From positions 15,190,001 to 15,254,000 of the forward strand of contig NC_043023.1 in NCBI RefSeq assembly GCF_006345805.1: a stretch of DNA of 64,000 bases, read 5' to 3'. Source of the DNA: Octopus sinensis (taxonomy: Eukaryota). Each line of letters opens with the position of its first letter. Position 1 is the first letter of the stretch. The notes under the pieces are model-generated. The model did not search any database. It had not been told where the DNA came from and worked only from the letters and a program-made list of their open reading frames with translations. Position numbers and translations under genes: made by a program. Below are positions 11,782 to 23,739 of the stretch, piece by piece.

Positions 11782-12260
11782 AGCAGTATCGCCCGGCGTT
11801 GCTCGGGTTTGTAAGGGAAATAACTATATAAGCAATTTTAGAGAGTTATAGCCAAAAAATAGCAAAAAAAAATGCATTAAAAATGGGGAAAAATGATGGT
11901 AATTTTTTTTAATCGTTGACTCATCGAAGACATTTTATTTTTAGAGTTGGAGAGTACTTCCCTTATATAATAGCGAAAAAAGCATCATTAAAATGGACAA
12001 AAAATAATGGTAACATTTTTTTTTTAAATCGTAGACTCATTGTAGACGCGCGCTGAAGGGGGTTTGGTTTTCGATCAAAAGGGATCGTAAATGGAAGAAA
12101 GAGGACAAAAAAAAGGGGGGATAGAATAAAATAAAAAAAAAGGGGGGATAGAATAAAATAAAAAAAAGGGGGGAGAGATTAATAGATAGATAGACAGACG
12201 TATGTACGCGTATATGAAGGATAATGGGTTAACTTACTTGAGTGCGTGTGTGAGTGACTA
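11782..12260. mobile_element. Probable Helitron/Helentron-derived non-autonomous element
   Basis: agcagtatcgcccggcgttgctcggg is the inverse of the terminus gagcaacgccgggtatctctgctagt at 28625-28650; GATA/GACA microsatellite near the end. Confidence 0.4.
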
Positions 12261-12781
12261 CAACCACACAGAGCTGAACACAGCGAGAAAAGTAATTAAC
12301 GAAACAATTAATGGAAATTCATGAACAATTATATGGTTCCATCCGATCGAATTTAGACAGGTCTGAGAGGTATACAGACACTTGGGCCGTTTCCTTGCCA
12401 GAATATGACAGATGCCTATTCTGTCTGTAGAAAACTGTGTCTGCTCTATCATAGTATCATAGTATCACGGTATCACTTGCCACATTGATACAGTCTGCTA
12501 TTGGTGCTTTGCGATGTTGCAGATTATTTATTCTGAGGAGCTGAAAGTGGATAGAATTATTAACGTGTATCATTTTGAGAGAATAAACTGCAAATACAGA
12601 TGTTTAGCAAATGATACATCTGTGATAAAACAATAGACAGCTTTGAATGAATACGATTAGCAAAATAAAAGAAATTAAAAATCTGGTGATTTTTCATAGC
12701 GATGACAAGAAAAAAATCCCGATTTCCCTAGGTATAATTTATGAAGCTTACTGAACAATACAATTAATATTAATATCTTAC

Positions 12782-12960
12782 CTCTGATGATATATTAGTC
12801 GCTTTTTAATATGAAATATTTTTAATTGCACAATTAAGCGATCTAGGGAAAAAAATATTATTGAAAGACACAGCAAAAAGCCGACACGGAACGTCAACGA
12901 AACGAACTAAATACAAGATTGTTGTGCGTCCCGTAATTTACTCACGCTTTTGTCTGATGC
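12782..12960 (-). promoter_or_regulatory. Conserved ZNF first-exon/promoter cassette 1 (for ZNF-a)
   Basis: Donor catcagag|gtaaga at 12782/12781; conserved 31-bp motif TTCGTTTCGTTGACGTTCCGTGTCGGCTTTT at 12876-12906; homologous to 29161, 49768 and 56061. Confidence 0.65.
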
Positions 12961-13161
12961 TAAAACTAAGGTGGTTAATTGTTAATGTTCTTAGAGCTAT
13001 AATTAATTTCTGAAAATGTGAACTGGGCGAATGAAAACGGGTGGTGTGCGTATTCTTTACCTTTGCCATAATATTTTTATTGTGCGATTTCGTGTTGAAT
13101 ATTTTAGAAGAAAAATGGTCTTTAAAATATTTGCTTAATGTACATAATGTCATTTTTTTTT

Positions 13162-13585
13162 GGCAATCTTTCGTCTCTAGTAGACCTTTCCGTCGATTTC
13201 CGTAAATTTTTTTTTTTTTTACATATGGGCTTGCGGGAACTTTTGAAGTAATGAGAGCGAAAGAGACTAAGAGAAAGCGATTGTATGACGAGGAAGTTCT
13301 TTGGAAGTTTACCGTCCAGGGGAAGCATTGATGTACATGTGTTGGTGTGTGTGTTTGATGGGGTGTGGAGACAGTATGTTGTGTACGTGAAGTGCTTCTG
13401 TTAGTGTGTGTGAGAGACAGAGTAATGTGTAAAAGAATAACTGAAACTTTTTTACTGAACCTATCGTCCGTTTAATGATGTATGTGATATGTACTATAAT
13501 ACTTCAAAAGTTCCGCGCAACCCATATAAAAAAAAAAAATTTTACGGAAATCGACGGAAAGGTCTACTAGAGACGAAAGATCGCC
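13162..13585. mobile_element. MITE with ~55-bp TIRs (GGC(A/G)ATC termini)
   Basis: GGCAATCTTTCGTCTCTAGTAGACCTTTCCGTCGATTTCCGTAAA and its inverse at 13535-13585; T-rich flanks. Confidence 0.8.
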
Positions 13586-13661
13586 TGTTTTTTTTTTTTT
13601 ACATCACAAAATTTTCTTAATTTCTTTATTTTCATATAAAACATATAAACATGTACAACTT

Positions 13662-13814
13662 GTGGCTGTGTGGTAAGTAGCTTGCTTACCAACCACACGG
13701 TTCCGGGTTCAGTCCCACTGCGTGGCACCTTAGGCAAGTGTCTTCTACTATAGCCTCGGGCCGACCAAGCCATTGTGAGTGGATTTGGTAGACGGAAACT
13801 GAAAGAAGCCCGTC

Positions 13815-13865
<51 letters not shown>

Positions 13866-14067
13866 AGTCTGTGCTGGCCCCCCCCCCCAACATCGCTTGA
13901 CAACCGATGCTGGTGTGTTTACGTCCCTGTAACTTAGCGGTTCGGCAGAAGAGACCGATAGAATAAGTACTAGGCTTACAAAGAATAAGTCCTGAGGTCG
14001 ATTTGCTAGACTAAAAAGGCGGTGCTCCAGCATGGCCGCAGTTAAATGACTGAAACAAGTAAAAGAG
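13662..14067 (+). mobile_element. SINE family A
   Basis: Family consensus with (TA)n. Confidence 0.85.
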
Positions 14068-14194
14068 TATTGGTATTTTATAAGATTTCGATGACAAATT
14101 CATTCATATGAAAGCACAAATTACCGGAGAACTTTCATCTAATTCTTCCAAATCTTTCTGTAAAAACTGTATAGAAACCATTTGAGGGATTTTT

Positions 14195-14730
14195 TTTTTA
14201 TATAACAGCAACTGGTCGCACACCACGATGTTTAACGAAGCCCACTGCACGCTCGCAGCATTATGACGGGCGTTGGGAAAGCCCAGCATCTTCACGGACA
14301 TCACCCAACGTCTCGGTGAGGCCAGATGCCTTCGTTGACAAGATCTTGGCCCTTAGTGACCCAATCGCTCTAAACGTCTCAAACGTAATAGTTTGGAAGA
14401 GATAGTTCAATGTCAGGTATTTCAGGGTTTTCTTCTGTTCAGCAACGGAAGCAGTGACCCTCCCTTAACCGCAGCATCCAGGATGTGGCAGGGAGCAAAG
14501 CAGTCGCAGGCTGTGGTGTCCCAAATGAGGCACACACCTTTAACCCAGGGATGGAGGTAAGATCATCACTTCTAAATAAACCCGACGGCTCCAGAACTGA
14601 AAGGATATAATAATCCAAGGCAGGGCACGCTTAATGACTAGGTTTAGCTCGGTGTAGCGAGTAAAGCCACTTTTGCAAACGACCGTGCGAAGAGAGGTGA
14701 CGAGAATGGCTCCTTTGTCCATCACGTGGT
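14195..14730 (-). mobile_element. CRE-clade non-LTR retrotransposon, decayed restriction-like endonuclease domain
   Basis: Across frameshifts: TRYTELNLVIKRAL, LEPSGLFRSD, LTSIPWVKGVCLIWDTT, FQTITFETF, HNAASV; these match the CRE RLE motifs EP.GL.R.D..RPDG.T..PW..G..L.WD.T...ET.G...GNAA. Confidence 0.75.
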
Positions 14731-14869
14731 CGATACAATAAATACGAAATGAATAAATGCGTATAAGTGCCAGAAGGAAAAGAGAGACACAACCGGGTAG
14801 AATGTTTAAGAGAAGATTTTACTGATAGGATTACATGTGTATCTGTGGTGCGTCATGTACACATAATAA

Positions 14870-15258
14870 TATATTTCTTTATTGCCCACAAGGGGCTAAA
14901 CAAGGACAGACAAAGGGATTAAGTCGATTACATCGACCCCAGTGCGTAACTAGTACTTAATTTATTGACCCCGAAAGGATGAAAGGGAAAGTCGACCTCG
15001 GCAGAATTTGAACTCAGAACGTAACGGCAGACGAAATACCTATTTCTTTATTGCCCACAAGGGGCTAAACGCAGAGGGGACAAACGGATTAAGTCGATTA
15101 TATCGACCCCAGTGCGTAACTGGTACTTATTTATTCGACCCCGAAAGGATGAAAGGCAAAGTCAACCTTGGCGGAATTTGAACTCAGAACGTAACGGCGG
15201 ACGAAATACCACTAGGCATTTCGTCCGACGTGGTAACGTTTCTGCCAGCTCGCCGCCT
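14870..15258 (-). mobile_element. SINE family B, one head plus two tandem bodies
   Basis: Junction gacgaaatac|ctatttc at ~15040. Confidence 0.75.
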
Positions 15259-15363
15259 TACGTATAATAATAGAGAACAAAATGTGTGTCTGCATAGTCA
15301 TGGATGTATTCGTGTTTGTTAAGTACAGAGCATTGAAAGAGTCTATAATATGACGTTAGGCGT

Positions 15364-15747
15364 GGAGACGCAATGGCCCAGTGGTTAGGGCAGCGGATTC
15401 GCGGTCATTGGATCGCGGTTTCGATTCCCAGACCGGGCGTTGTGAGTGTTTATTGAGCGAAAACACCTAAAAAGCTCCACGAGGCTCCAGCAGGGGATGG
15501 TGGTGATCCCTGCTGTACTCTTTCACCACAACTTTCTCTCGCTCTTACTTCCTGTTTCTGTTGTACCTGTATTTCAAAGGGCCAGCCTTGTCACACTTTG
15601 TGTCACGCTGAATATCCCCGAGAACTACGTTAAGGGTACACATGTCTGTGGAGTGCTCAGCCACTTACACGTTAATTTCACGAGCAGGCTGTTCCGTTGA
15701 TTCGGATCAACCGGAACCCTCGTCGTCGTAACCGACGGAGTGCTTCC
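15364..15747 (+). mobile_element. SINE family C
   Basis: tRNA-like head as at 10124. Confidence 0.75.
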
Positions 15748-16154
15748 AAAATAAATATGACGTTAGAAGAATGTTCAGACACAAGGATGATAAATACCAG
15801 TTTGTAGTCAAGGTACACGATAGTTGAAATGCTGTATCAAGAAGTTGTGGTCCAGAGCTCGCATTTGGAGCTGTTAACACTAAGACCTCTACAACCCATC
15901 CTTTACCTCTGACAATATCAGAAGGGCAATTGCCTCTTTTCCAGCGGGTTCTGGTGCAGGGATCAATAGCTTATTACCTCAGCATCTGGTAACTGGTATT
16001 TAATTTATCGACTGGTAACTGGTATTTAATTTATCGACCCCGAAAGGATGAAAGGCAAAGTCGACCTCGGCGGAATTTGAACTCACAACGTAACGGCAGA
16101 CGAATACGGCTACGCATTTCGCCCGCTGTGCTAACGTTTCTGCCAGTTCTCCGC

Positions 16155-16991
16155 CTGTTGGATTCCAGAGGCAGACATGATGAGGTGATCACCAAATGTA
16201 AGATAGGAGGACTCCCAGTAGGATTGCCAAGCAGAGTGATAAAGTGGTGGGGAATTCTCCCTTACTGTGTGTGGAAGATGACATCTCGATTGACGGAGTT
16301 AAAAGTATTCTTAAGGTCAAGTTTGAGGATGACCTTTGGGAACTCAAAGAGCAAATTGGTGAACGACCTGATGGTATGAGCAGCCGCTGCACAACCTAGG
16401 TTCGTACACACTCCTATCTGATATAATCGACTTAATCCGTTTGTCTGTCCTTGTTTGTCCTCTCTGTGTTTAGCCCCTTGTGGGTAGTAAAGAAATAGGA
16501 ATAACTATAAAAATGAATCTTTTGAATTTAACTAAATTCTATATTTTTATGCAGCTGAAGATTGCTCTACATTTTAAAAGTGATGTAATATTTGCATTGT
16601 TCAATTAAATGGAGTCGCATGAAACGATCGTACTGCATTACCTCTGGATATCCTTGTTGCTTATTTTGATTGTAATCACCCCATTTTGAATTATATGGAT
16701 AATACCATACTAAATTCTGGTGCCTTTAACTTAAGTACCACATTCAACTGAATCTAAATTTTCACTGAACTTATACTCTTTTACTTCTTTCAGTCATTTG
16801 ACTGTGGCCATGCTGGAGCACCGCCTTTAGTCGAGCAAATTGACCCTAGGACTTATTCTTTGTAAGCCTAGTACTTATTCTATCGGTTTCTTTTGCCGAA
16901 CCGCTAAGTTACAGAGACGTAAACACACCAGCATCGGTTGTCAGGTGATGATGGTGGGACAAACACAGACACACAAACATACACACACACA

Positions 16992-17048
<57 letters not shown>

Positions 17049-17272
17049 AAAGAGCAAAATGGTGAAAGACCTGATGGTCTGAGGCAGCAGCCGCACAGCC
17101 TAGGTTTGTACACACTCCTAGCTGAATAGGGGAAAATTCATCGGCCAGTGATCCAACACAGAATACAACCAATTTCTATGGGGTGGAGGTCACCATTGGG
17201 CTTGGTGAGATCAAATAGTTTGGCCCAAAGAACAGGGGACGAATGTAGGCGAGGACACTCTCGGATGAGAAC
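16155..17272 (-). mobile_element. CRE-clade reverse transcriptase fragments, interrupted by SINE pieces
   Basis: RPLFFG/AKLFDLTKPNGDLHPIEIG, FSPIQLGVCTNLGCAAAA, ILKLDLKNTFNSVNR, WQSY..SYLTFGDHLIMSASGIQQ; these match the CRE RT motifs FFGA.L..L.K..GG.RPI.VG, QLGVG...G.EA, KLDF.NAFN, S..GVQQGDP. Confidence 0.8.
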
Positions 17273-20200
17273 AAGTTTATAAAATGTGTTAGGGGCTCCA
17301 AGAGTTCGAGTCCAGCATCACCGGCTAACAGGGAGACACCATCCTTGAGATGCTGAGGTAATAAGCCATTGATCCCTGCACCAGAACCCGCTGGAAAAGA
17401 GGCAATTGCCCTTCTGATATTGTCAGAGGTAAAGGATGGGAAGTTTATGAAATGTGTTAGGGGCTCCAAGAGTTCGAGTCCAGCATCACTGGCTAACAGG
17501 GAGACACCATCCTTGAGATGCTGAGGTCATAAGCCATTGATCCCTGCACCAGAACCCGCTGGAAAAGAGGCAATTGCCCTTCTGATATTGTCAGAGGTAA
17601 AGGATGGGAAGTTTATGAAATGTGTTAGGGGCTCCAAGAGTTCGAGTCCAGCATCACTGGCTAACAGGGAGACACCATCCTTGAGATGCTGAGGTCATAA
17701 GCCATTGATCCCTGCACAAGAACTTGCTGGAAAAGAGGCAATTGCCCTTCTGATATTGTCAGAGGTAAAGGATGGGAAGTTTATGAAATGTGTTAGGGGC
17801 TCCAAGAGTTCGAGTCCAGCATCACTGGCTAACAGGGAGACACCATCCTTGAGATGCTGAGGTCATAAGCCATTGATCCCTGCACCAGAACCCGCTGGAA
17901 AAGAGGCAATTGCCCTTCTGATATTGTCAGAGATAAAGGATGGGAAGTTTATGAAATGTGTTAGGGGCTCCAAGAGTTCGAGTCCAGCATCACTGGCTAA
18001 CAGGGAGACACCATCCTTGAGATGCTGAGGTCATAAGCCATTGATCCCTGCACCAGAACTCGCTGGAAAAGAGGCAATTGCCCTTCTGATATTGTCAGAG
18101 GTAAAGGATGGGAAGTTTATGAAATGTGTTAGGGGCTCCAAGAGTTCGAGTCCAGCATCACTGGCTAACAGGGAGACACCATCCTTGAGATGCTGAGGTC
18201 ATAAGCCATTGATCCCTGCACCAGAACCCGCTGGAAAAGAGGCAATTGCCCTTCTGATATTGTCAGAGGTAAAGGATGGGAAGTTTATGAAATGTGTTAG
18301 GGCTCCAAGAGTTCGAGTCCAGCATCACCGGCTAACAGGGAGACACCATCCTTGAGATGCTGAGGTAATAAGCCATTGATCCCTGCACCAGAACCTGCTG
18401 GAAAAGAGGCAGTTGCCCTTCTGATATTGTCAGAGGTAAAGGATGGGAAGTTTATGAAATGTGTTAGGGGCTCCAAGAGTTCAAGTCCAGCATCACCGGC
18501 TAACAGGGAGACACCATCCTTGAGATGCTGAGGTAATAAGCCATTGATCCCTGCACCAGAACCTGCTGGAAAAGAGGCAATTGCCCTTCTGATATTGTCA
18601 GAGGTAAAGGATGGGAAGTTTATGAAATGTGTTAGGGGCTCCAAGAGTTCGAGTCCAGCATCACTGGCTAACAGGGAGACACCATCCTTGAGATGCTGAG
18701 GTCATAAGCCATTGATCCCTGCACCAGAACCCGCTGGAAAAGAGGCAATTGCCCTTCTGATATTGTCAGAGGTAAAGGATGGGAAATTTATGAAATGTGT
18801 TAGGGGCTCCAAGAGTTCGAGTCCAGCATCACTGGCTAACAGGGAGACACCATCCTTGAGATGCTGAGGTCATAAGCCATTGATCCCTGCACCAGAACTC
18901 GCTGGAAAAGAGGCAATTGCCCTTCTGATATTGTCAGAGGTAAAGGATGGGAAGTTTATGAAATGTGTTAGGGGCTCCAAGAGTTCGAGTCCAGCATCAC
19001 TGGCTAACAGGGAGACACCATCCTTGAGATGCTGAGGTCATAAGCCATTGATCCCTGCACCAGAACCCGCTGGAAAAGAGGCAATTGCCCTTCTGATATT
19101 GTCAGAGATAAAGGATGGGAAGTTTATGAAATGTGTTAGGGGCTCCAAGAGTTCGAGTCCAGCATCACTGGCTAACAGGGAGACACCATCCTTGAGATGC
19201 TGAGGTCATAAGCCATTGATCCCTGCACCAGAACTCGCTGGAAAAGAGGCAATTGCCCTTCTGATATTGTCAGAGGTAAAGGATGGGAAGTTTATGAAAT
19301 GTGTTAGGGGCTCCAAGAGTTCGAGTCCAGCATCACTGGCTAACAGGGAGACACCATCCTTGAGATGCTGAGGTCATAAGCCATTGATCCCTGCACCAGA
19401 ACCCGCTGGAAAAGAGGCAATTGCCCTTCTGATATTGTCAGAGGTAAAGGATGGGAAGTTTATGAAATGTGTTAGGGGCTCCAAGAGTTCGAGTCCAGCA
19501 TCACCGGCTAACAGGGAGACACCATCCTTGAGATGCTGAGGTAATAAGCCATTGATCCCTGCACCAGAACCTGCTGGAAAAGAGGCAGTTGCCCTTCTGA
19601 TATTGTCAGAGGTAAAGGATGGGAAGTTTATGAAATGTGTTAGGGGCTCCAAGAGTTCAAGTCCAGCATCACCGGCTAACAGGGAGACACCATCCTTGAG
19701 ATGCTGAGGTAATAAGCCATTGATCCCTGCACCAGAACCTGCTGGAAAAGAGGCAATTGCCCTTCTGATATTGTCAGAGGTAAAGGATGGGAAGTTTATG
19801 AAATGTGTTAGGGGCTCCAAGAGTTCGAGTCCAGCATCACTGGCTAACAGGGAGACACCATCCTTGAGATGCTGAGGTCATAAGCCATTGATCCCTGCAC
19901 CAGAACCCGCTGGAAAAGAGGCAATTGCCCTTCTGATATTGTCAGAGGTAAAGGATGGGAAATTTATGAAATGTGTTAGGGGCTCCAAGAGTTCGAGTCC
20001 AGCATCACTGGCTAACAGGGAGACACCATCCTTGAGATGCTGAGGTCATAAGCCATTGATCCCTGCACCAGAACTCGCTGGAAAAGAGGCAATTGCCCTT
20101 CTGATTTTGTCAGAGGTAAAGGATGGGAAGTTTATGAAATGTGTTAGGGGCTCCAAGAGTTCGAGTCCAGCATCACTGGCTAACAGGGAGACACCATCCT

Positions 20201-20463
20201 TGAGATGCTGAGGTCATAAGCCATTGATCCCTGCACCAGAACCCGCTGGAAAAGAGGCAATTGCCCTTCTGATATTGTCAGAGGTAAAGGATGGGAAGTT
20301 TATGAAATGTGTTAGGGGCTCCAAGAGTTCGAGTCCAGCATCACCGGCTAACAGGGAGACACCATCCTTGAGATGCTGAGGTAATAAGCCATTGATCCCT
20401 GCACCAGAACCCGCTGGAAAAGAGGCAATTGCCCTTCTGATATTGTCAGAGGTAAAGGATGGG
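17273..20463 (-). repeat. Tandem array of 19 x 168-bp units derived from the CRE RT N-terminal region
   Basis: Marker aggggctcc at 17291 and every 168 bp to 20314 (one 167-bp unit); the unit encodes FTSDNIRRAIASFPAGSGAGINGLLPQHLKD...LLEPLTHFIN (56 codons). Confidence 0.97.
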
Positions 20464-20810
20464 TTGTAGAAAAACTTGATGGGTCAGGCAAGTGTGGGTG
20501 GTCATCTGGAGGGGGCCAGAAGATATTTCTCCTTCAGCTGATTGAGGGAGTCTGTGGTACAGGGGACAAGGGAGAACAGAGAAGAAAGAAGGCGAAAAGC
20601 CCCTTTAATGTCAGATTTGTTGAATTTGGCTTTAGCAGCCTCCTTTAAGTTATGTGGTTGACCGTTGTTCAGGGTTAGGTTGATGACCGAATTGAGATGA
20701 ACAATTCTTGGGATAGATTCGAACAGTTCCCCGAAACTGCCGTTTCGGGGAAGAAGTGAAGGATCCACTATTCTCATTCATCACGCGGAAGGGGACAAAA
20801 GTGAACAGGA
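20464..20810 (-). mobile_element. CRE element region immediately upstream of the RT
   Basis: ORF 20502-20777 contains AKFNKSDIKGAFRLLSS...DSLNQLKEKY, resembling the CRE pre-RT motif G.vkGAvR.L.S...L..KHP. Confidence 0.65.
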
Positions 20811-20847
20811 ACAGTTTCTGCCATTCTTAGGTGTTGTTGGATAGGCA

Positions 20848-21034
20848 CCTTCTTTCCTCTCTCTTCTCCCTTGTCCCCTGTATCACAGACTCCCTCAATC
20901 AGCTGAATGAGAAATATCCTCTGGTCCTCTTCAGATGATCACCCACACTCGCCTGACTCATCAAGTTTTTCTACAACTAATCCTTTACCTCTGACAATAT
21001 CAGAAGGGCAATTGCCTCTTTTCCAGCGGGTTCT
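20848..21034 (+). repeat. Inverted, diverged copy of 20407-20592
   Basis: Reverse-complement match with scattered mismatches; a second inverted copy of part of the unit is at 15888-15987. Confidence 0.85.
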
Positions 21035-21295
21035 TCAGCAGTTTCAAGAGAACAAAGGCGAAACAATTCTGCAGACCCTCAGGGATCTGATCAAAGAGTT
21101 TAAGCTTGGACAAACACTGGAGCTGCTAGAATGAGAATATGCTTGAAAAAGTTCAGAGAACTTATACTGTTGTTGGTAGTGAAAGGCAGATTGTATGATG
21201 CCTGCATGTGAAAAGCCATGCTACATGGCAGTGAAACATGGACTGTGACCTCAAAGGACATGTGAAAAACTAGAAAGAAATGAAGCTAGTATGCA

Positions 21296-22270
21296 ATTCT
21301 ACTAAATGGCTCAGAAACCTGGACGTTATCAAAGAAGCTTGAGAGGCGGTTGGATGGAACCTACACTCGCCTCCTTATGAGAGCTCAAAATCTATCGTGG
21401 AAGCGCCATCCAACCAAAATGCAAATATATGGGAAACTACCACCTGTGTCATCTCTTGTGAAAGGTAGGAGAGTTCAGTTTGCTGGACATTGTTGTAGAG
21501 CTGAAAAAGAGGTAATTTCTACTCTTCTCCCCTGGAAGCCATCTACTTGCAATACCAGAGGGTGCACACTCTCCTACCCTGATGTAATCTCCAGGGATAC
21601 AGGCATCCGGCAACAGGACCTCCGTAATGCCATGATGGACCGTGAAGTCTGGCGTAGCATGGTAAATTCCATTGTCTCGACCATGGTCGTGATATCAGAG
21701 GGTGCACACTCTCCTACCCTGATGTAATCTCCAGGGATACAGGCATCCGGCAACAGGACCTCCGTAATGCCATGATGAACCGTGAAGTCTGGCGTAGCAT
21801 TGTAAATTCCATTGTCCCCACCACGGTCACAATACCAGAGGGCGCACACTCTCCTACCCTGATGTAATCTCCAGGGATACAGGCATCCAGCAACAGGACC
21901 TCCATAATGCCATGATGGACCGTGAAGTCTGGCGTAGCATGGTAAATTCCATTGTCTTGACCATGGTCGTGATATCAGAGGGTGCACACTCTCCTACCCT
22001 GATGTAATCTCCAGGGATACAGGCATCCGGCAACAGGACCTCCGTAATGCTATGATGAACCATGAAGTCTGGTGTAGCATGGTAAATTCCATTGTCTCGA
22101 CCATGGTCGTGATATCAGAGGGCGCACACTCTCCTACCCTGATGTAATCTCCAGGGATACAGGCATCCAGCAACAGGACCTCCGTAATGCCATGATGGAC
22201 CGTGAAGTCTGGCGTAGCATTGAAAATTCCATTGTCTCGACCACAGTCGAACAATGATGATGATGATGAT
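21296..22270 (+). mobile_element. 5'-truncated RTEX-like LINE with (TGA)n tail
   Basis: LLNGSETWTL..LDGTYTRLL..NLSWK.HPT..IYG.LP.VS..RRVQFAGHC..W.P..YPDVISRDTG..MMDREVW. Confidence 0.7.
21556..22243 (+). repeat. Five tandem 140-bp copies of the RTEX 3' end
   Basis: cagagggtgcacactctcc starts at 21556, 21696, 21836, 21976 and 22116. Confidence 0.95.
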
Positions 22271-22632
22271 GGATGTGCAGTGTCAGTGTGCATGTGCGAC
22301 AGAGCGTAAACATCTTGAGAGTAAAATCAGGCATAAGAGGCATCATATGTGATGTGCAAGAGAAACAACTGCGCTGGTATGGACATGTGATGCGTATGGA
22401 CAATGAAAGCTGCAAAAAGAGGTGCTGATGTGAAACTGTGGAAAAGGTTGACGCAGGAAGACATAAAAGCAAGATGGTGAGAAAGGATCTTTGAATTTTA
22501 GGTCTCACCATGGTATTGGTAAATGATCGAGACATTTCAAGGTTTCACTCAGCTTGAGAAGACTCGTTGGCGCAAGTGAAATCGTAACTGTTGATGGAAA
22601 AAGCCAACGATGCGAGTAGGATGTGAAAAACA

Positions 22633-23523
22633 CCTATTTCTTTACTGCCCACAAGGGGTTAAACACAGAGAGGACAAACAAAGGGATTAAGTCGATTATA
22701 TCGACCCCCAGTGCGTAACTGGTACTTATTTAATCGACCCCGAAAGGATGAAAGACATAGTCGACTTCGTCCGAATTTGTGCTCAGAACATAGCGACAGG
22801 CGAAATACCTATTTCTTTACTACCCACAAGGGGCTAAACACAGAGGGGACAAACAAGGACAGGCAAAGGGATTAAGTCGATTATATCGACCCCAGTTGCG
22901 TAACTGGTACTTTAGTCGACCTGGGCGGAATTTGAACTCAGAACGTAGCGGCAGACAAAATACCTATTTCTTTACTACCCACAAGGGGTTAAACACAGAG
23001 AGGACAAACAAGGACAGGCAAAGGGATTAAGTCGATTATATCGACCCCAGTGTGTAACTGGTGCTTATTTAGCCGACCTCGGCGGAATTTGAACTCAGAA
23101 CGTAGCGGCAGACAAAATACCTATTTCTTTACTATCCACAAGGGGTTAAACACAGAGAGGACAAACAAGGACAGGCAAAGGGATTAAGTCGATTATATCG
23201 ATCCCAGTGCGTAACTGGTACTTATTTAATCGACTCCGAAAGGATGAAAGGCAAAGTCGACCTCGGCAGAATTTGAACTCAGAACGTAACGACAGACGAA
23301 ATACCTATTTTTTTACTACCCACAAGGGGCTAAACACAGAAAGGACAAAGGGATTAAGTCGATTACATCGACCCCAGTGCGTAACTGGTACTTATTTAAT
23401 CGACCCCGAAAGGATGAAAGTCAAAGTCGACCTCTGTGGAATTTGAACTCAGAACATAGCGACAGACGAAATACCGCTAAGAATTTCGCCCGGCGTGCTA
23501 ACGTTTCTGCCAGCTCGCCGCCT
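22633..23523 (-). mobile_element. SINE family B concatemer: one head, five bodies
   Basis: cctattt 3' ends at 22633, 22808, 22963, 23120 and 23304; head only at ~23470-23523. Confidence 0.8.
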
Positions 23524-23739
23524 AAAACACCTGTACCAGCAAGGTATGTAAGGCACTGGTGTCGACGACACGAGAGGGACACCCACTGCACTCTCGAACT
23601 CGATGGCGTTATGGGGGGCAGCCAGCTGTAGAAACCAAGCCAATATGAATTGGGAGCCTGATACAGCACACCAGTTGCAGCAAAACTGTCAATCATATAG
23701 TAGCATGGAAAACGGACGCTAAATAATTATACGCATATG

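Larger units (their letters stand above)
21100..22610 (+). mobile_element. RTE LINE C-terminal fragment split by a nested RTEX insertion
   Basis: KGRLYDAC..MLHGSETW..LERNEASM (to 21293) resumes as WMCSVSV..QLRWYGHVMR (from 22270). Confidence 0.7.

Noticed and set aside
17273-20463. 168-bp array as a CRISPR array or as a functional 56-aa repeat protein
   Set aside because: No unique spacers and a eukaryotic context; 13 of 19 units contain TGA and one has a frameshift; the unit is a piece of RT.
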